DNA from: Patescibacteria group bacterium | GTDB taxonomy: Bacteria; Patescibacteriota; Patescibacteriia; Magasanikbacterales; GWA2-37-8 | Assembly (NCBI GenBank): GCA_004321885.1 | Contig: SCQK01000023.1 | Coordinates: 1 to 8,335 of the forward strand | Reading direction: 5' to 3' | Length of the DNA stretch: 8,335 nucleotides | Shown here: positions 6,357-8,335 of the stretch, in pieces | How positions within the stretch are numbered: position 1 is the stretch's first letter | Layout: every line of letters starts with the position of its first letter | The notes under the pieces: model-generated | The model's input: the letters and a program-made list of their open reading frames with translations, nothing else | What the model was told of the DNA's origin: nothing | Database searches by the model: none | Program-made: the position numbers and the translations under genes

Positions 6357-7190
6357 CTATTTGGATGGTTCAGATGGGGGGGTGATGGTGTGTTGTTTCG
6401 TTCTGGTCTCCTCGGCCCTCTCGGGTTTCGTGCCTATTCCTTTAAAGAGAACGAAGAGGAGGATCAAGATAGGGATCAGGACGAGGAGGATTTTCATCAC
6501 TGGTGACGCACCCGCCTTCTCTTGGGTCTGGACGGGTGCTTTATCGGTCAGGTCACGTTCGACCTCTTTTGGGTTCCAAAACGCCTTATAGACATTCACG
6601 GGCTCTTTTTTGCCTTTGAGGCTGGTCGTCTTGAGGAACCGGCAGTAGACCTCTGACTTGTCGGCCAGAGCATTATAAGTCTCTTCAGAACAACAGATTT
6701 CGCCAGGACTTGCGGACGATTCAAAGCGTGAAGCGGTATTGACTACATCGCCGAATATATCGTCCTTCTCGATGATGCATTTGCCGGTATGCAGGCCGAT
6801 ACGCATCAGGATAGGGGTCTTCAGTTGTTTGGTCAGGTTCAATTCATCGATGCCCTTTTGTATCTGAACGGCCGCTCTCAGACCGTCCTGCGCATGCTCA
6901 AAATGGGATAGAGTCCCGTCACCAATCGTCTTGACCAACACCCCGTTATGACGTTTGATGATGGGGAAGACGATATCGTTATGGTGTTTGATCAGCATGC
7001 GGGCCGAGAGATCGCCTTCAGCCTCTGCAATGGAGGTTGAGCCTTTCAGGTCAGTGAACATGACGGTGAGTATCTTGGTGAACTTCTCCTGAAAAAGGGT
7101 CTCCATCTGTTCCCTTTGTTCAAGATACTGCTCGATGTCTGAGCGGTCCTGGTCGTCCCCTTGTCTCGTTTCGGCATCATCTGGTGACAT
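6357..7190 (-). CDS. Class III nucleotidyl cyclase (CHD domain), predicted adenylyl cyclase. It has an N-terminal acidic/coiled-coil segment, a central catalytic domain, and a single C-terminal transmembrane helix (tail-anchored).
   Basis: The track ORF starts at TTG 7196. I prefer the ATG at 7188-7190 because a GAGGAGG SD (revcomp of 7200-7206) lies 9 nt upstream. CHD motifs: VMFTDLKGST (metal-binding Asp), LVKTIGDG (second Asp; Lys at the purine-specifying position, as in KTIGD of adenylyl cyclases versus ETIGD of guanylyl cyclases), RIGLHTG, DDIFGDVVNTASR (Asp at the second specificity position, cf. DIWG in mammalian AC C2). No GGDEF or EAL motif is present. The C-terminal hydrophobic stretch MKILLVLIPILILLFVLF is followed by the Lys/Arg-rich tail KGIGTKPERAEETRTK. 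Confidence 0.85.
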   Translation of the reverse strand: MSPDDAETRQGDDQDRSDIEQYLEQREQMETLFQEKFTKILTVMFTDLKGSTSIAEAEGDLSARMLIKHHNDIVFPIIKRHNGVLVKTIGDGTLSHFEHAQDGLRAAVQIQKGIDELNLTKQLKTPILMRIGLHTGKCIIEKDDIFGDVVNTASRFESSASPGEICCSEETYNALADKSEVYCRFLKTTSLKGKKEPVNVYKAFWNPKEVERDLTDKAPVQTQEKAGASPVMKILLVLIPILILLFVLFKGIGTKPERAEETRTKQHTITPPSEPSK

Positions 7191-7211
7191 CGTCAAGACC
7201 CTCCTCGTAGA

Positions 7212-7376
7212 TCACGGAACTTTGTTCACGATCTCCGACACCTGAGTGGTGATGGCCTCATCGCCGGATTCGCCGGCTACCCCCTCCGCTCGGAAGCCCA
7301 CCAGAGATGACCGATAGCCAAGACGCGATGTGTCGAGGATGGCACCGATGTTCTTGTGCGCCTGGGTAGCGATCAT
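7212..7376 (-). CDS. Hypothetical small protein, 54 aa (below the ORF-track length cutoff): MIATQAHKNIGAILDTSRLGYRSSLVGFRAEGVAGESGDEAITTQVSEIVNKVP.
   Basis: My own translation. ATG at 7374-7376 and stop TGA at 7212-7214. It fills the napB-cyclase gap, with 34 nt to the napB stop and 21 nt to the cyclase start. A GAGGG SD-like sequence sits about 11 nt upstream. Third-codon positions are strongly G/C-biased, consistent with neighbouring genes. I recognise no family. Confidence 0.3.
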   Translation of the reverse strand: MIATQAHKNIGAILDTSRLGYRSSLVGFRAEGVAGESGDEAITTQVSEIVNKVP

Positions 7377-7410
7377 GACAGGGAACACCCTCGACTTTCT
7401 TCGGATCTCT

Positions 7411-7743
7411 TCACTCCGGTCTCTTCCCTTCCCGAGACGAAGCAGCCGGGAATGCCTTCACCGAAAGATCTTGGCCGATGTGGCACTGCAAGCAAACATA
7501 ATTGCGCGTCGGATGCGGGACGATCGGAGCCCCGGCGAACCCTTTTTCGTGGCAATCCAGGCAGGCTCCTTTCCTCCTTTCCACATCGTGGGGGATCAAA
7601 GGCGGGGCGCCTTTATAGGCACGAGGCAGTTTCTTGCTGCCTTGTTTGGGAGCACCCTGTTCAGAAAGCGCGCTCCCGCTCAGAGTAACGAGTAAGCACA
7701 AGAGAAAAATACCTCCAAAAGAATATTTCTTGAGTGACTTCAT
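7411..7743 (-). CDS. napB: Periplasmic nitrate reductase diheme cytochrome c subunit NapB, 110 aa.
   Basis: Signal peptide MKSLKKYSFGGIFLLCLLVTLSGSALS. NapB hallmark APPLIPH (E. coli QPPMIPH). Two CxxCH heme-binding motifs, CLDCH and CLQCH (E. coli has CLQCH twice). SD AGGA (revcomp of 7749-7752) sits 5 nt upstream of the ATG and overlaps the napA stop. It lies 9 nt downstream of napA. Confidence 0.85.
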   Translation of the reverse strand: MKSLKKYSFGGIFLLCLLVTLSGSALSEQGAPKQGSKKLPRAYKGAPPLIPHDVERRKGACLDCHEKGFAGAPIVPHPTRNYVCLQCHIGQDLSVKAFPAASSREGKRPE

Positions 7744-7752
7744 GATTATCCT

Positions 7753-8335
7753 TTACACTTTCTCGATCCGAACTGCGCATTTCTTAAAGTCTGGCTGCTT
7801 GGAAATAGGATCGTAGGCATCAAGCGTCACCAAATTGATGAGGACATTTTCGTCGAAGAACGGTACAAAGACCACGCCTTTCGGGACCGTATTTCTGCCG
7901 CCTATTTGAGCCTTTGTGACGATCTCCCCGCGGCGCGATTGGACACGAACCGAATCCCCAGTCTTGATTCCCAAGGCGCCTGCGTCCTCGGAGCTGATCC
8001 ACACAGGAGCAAAGGGGACGGCACGGTGCAACTCAAGGACTCTCCTCGTAATGGTCCCTGTATGCCAGTGCTCAAGGACGCGACCTGTCGTGAGCCACAA
8101 AGGATATTGCTTATCGGGCTGCTCGGCTGGCGGCTCGTAGGGCCGTGCCCAGATCACGGCACGACCATCAGGCTGGCCGTAAAAACGGACGCCTTCACCC
8201 TGCTTGACGTACGGGTCGAAGCCCTCCCGGTACCGCCACCGTGTTTCTTTGCCCTCGACAACCGGCCAGCGCAGCCCGCCACGGACCTTCGCGTACACAT
8301 CATAGGGCGCGAGATCTTTTCCCGACCCCTCGCCG
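7753..8335 (-). CDS. napA: Periplasmic nitrate reductase catalytic (molybdopterin) subunit NapA, C-terminal ~193 aa. The gene start lies beyond the window's right edge.
   Basis: The reading frame stays open from 8335 down to TAA at 7753-7755. The track's Met at 8298 is an internal GTG, not the start. The C-terminal sequence ..[66 protein letters not shown] closely parallels the E. coli NapA C-terminus (..[65 protein letters not shown]) as I recall it. Confidence 0.9.
   Translation of the reverse strand, partial: GEGSGKDLAPYDVYAKVRGGLRWPVVEGKETRWRYREGFDPYVKQGEGVRFYGQPDGRAVIWARPYEPPAEQPDKQYPLWLTTGRVLEHWHTGTITRRVLELHRAVPFAPVWISSEDAGALGIKTGDSVRVQSRRGEIVTKAQIGGRNTVPKGVVFVPFFDENVLINLVTLDAYDPISKQPDFKKCAVRIEKV

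Noticed and set aside
7273-7287. Hairpin GCCGG-attcg-CCGGC between napB and the cyclase, considered as a napAB terminator.
   Set aside because: It is only a 5-bp stem with no downstream U-tract on the transcribed strand. It lies inside the candidate 54-aa ORF. It is not a convincing intrinsic terminator.
7212-7376. Possible NapD or SpoVS-like identity for the 54-aa ORF.
   Set aside because: Comparison with my recollection of E. coli NapD and B. subtilis SpoVS showed no convincing shared motifs, so I left it as hypothetical.
7330-7695. Plus-strand ORFs 7330-7695 and 7356-7688, and minus-strand ORF 7373-7555.
   Set aside because: They overlap napB (supported by the CxxCH x2 and PPLIPH motifs) in the wrong strand or frame, and are spurious.
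7820-8140. ORFs 7820-8002 (-) and 7916-8140 (+).
   Set aside because: They are inside the napA coding region in the wrong frame or strand.
1-8335. Checked for CRISPR repeats, IS/transposase or integrase genes, tRNA-like cloverleaf candidates, and GGDEF/EAL/HD-GYP domains.
   Set aside because: I found no regularly spaced direct repeats, no transposase or integrase-like translations, no GG(D/E)EF or EAL motifs in any long ORF, and no obvious tRNA. The window appears to be entirely chromosomal metabolic and biofilm genes.

Overview
All eight genes I can support lie on the minus strand and none is complete at both window edges. In transcription order (high to low coordinates) they are: the C-terminal end of periplasmic nitrate reductase NapA (runs off the right edge), the diheme cytochrome NapB, a tightly packed unlisted 54-aa ORF, a class III nucleotidyl cyclase with adenylyl-type specificity residues and an unusual C-terminal membrane anchor, cellulose synthase catalytic subunit BcsA with an intact c-di-GMP-binding PilZ domain, a DHH/DHHA1 (NrnB-like, COG2404-type) phosphoesterase whose start overlaps the bcsA stop, the periplasmic subunit BcsB, and the N-terminal ~197 aa of the GH8 endoglucanase BcsZ (runs off the left edge). 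I see no tRNA or rRNA, CRISPR array, or mobile element. The most interesting feature is a non-canonical cellulose synthase locus, bcsA-DHH/DHHA1-bcsB-bcsZ. The embedded phosphoesterase is not a described Bcs subunit. An adenylyl cyclase sits immediately upstream of bcsA, which suggests a local cyclic-nucleotide or nanoRNA turnover module attached to cellulose synthesis. Two long spacers, 160 nt before bcsA and 164 nt before bcsB, interrupt an otherwise overlap-coupled gene array and carry GC-rich dyad symmetries. All protein calls rest on my own translation and motif recognition from memory of the families. No database search was run.
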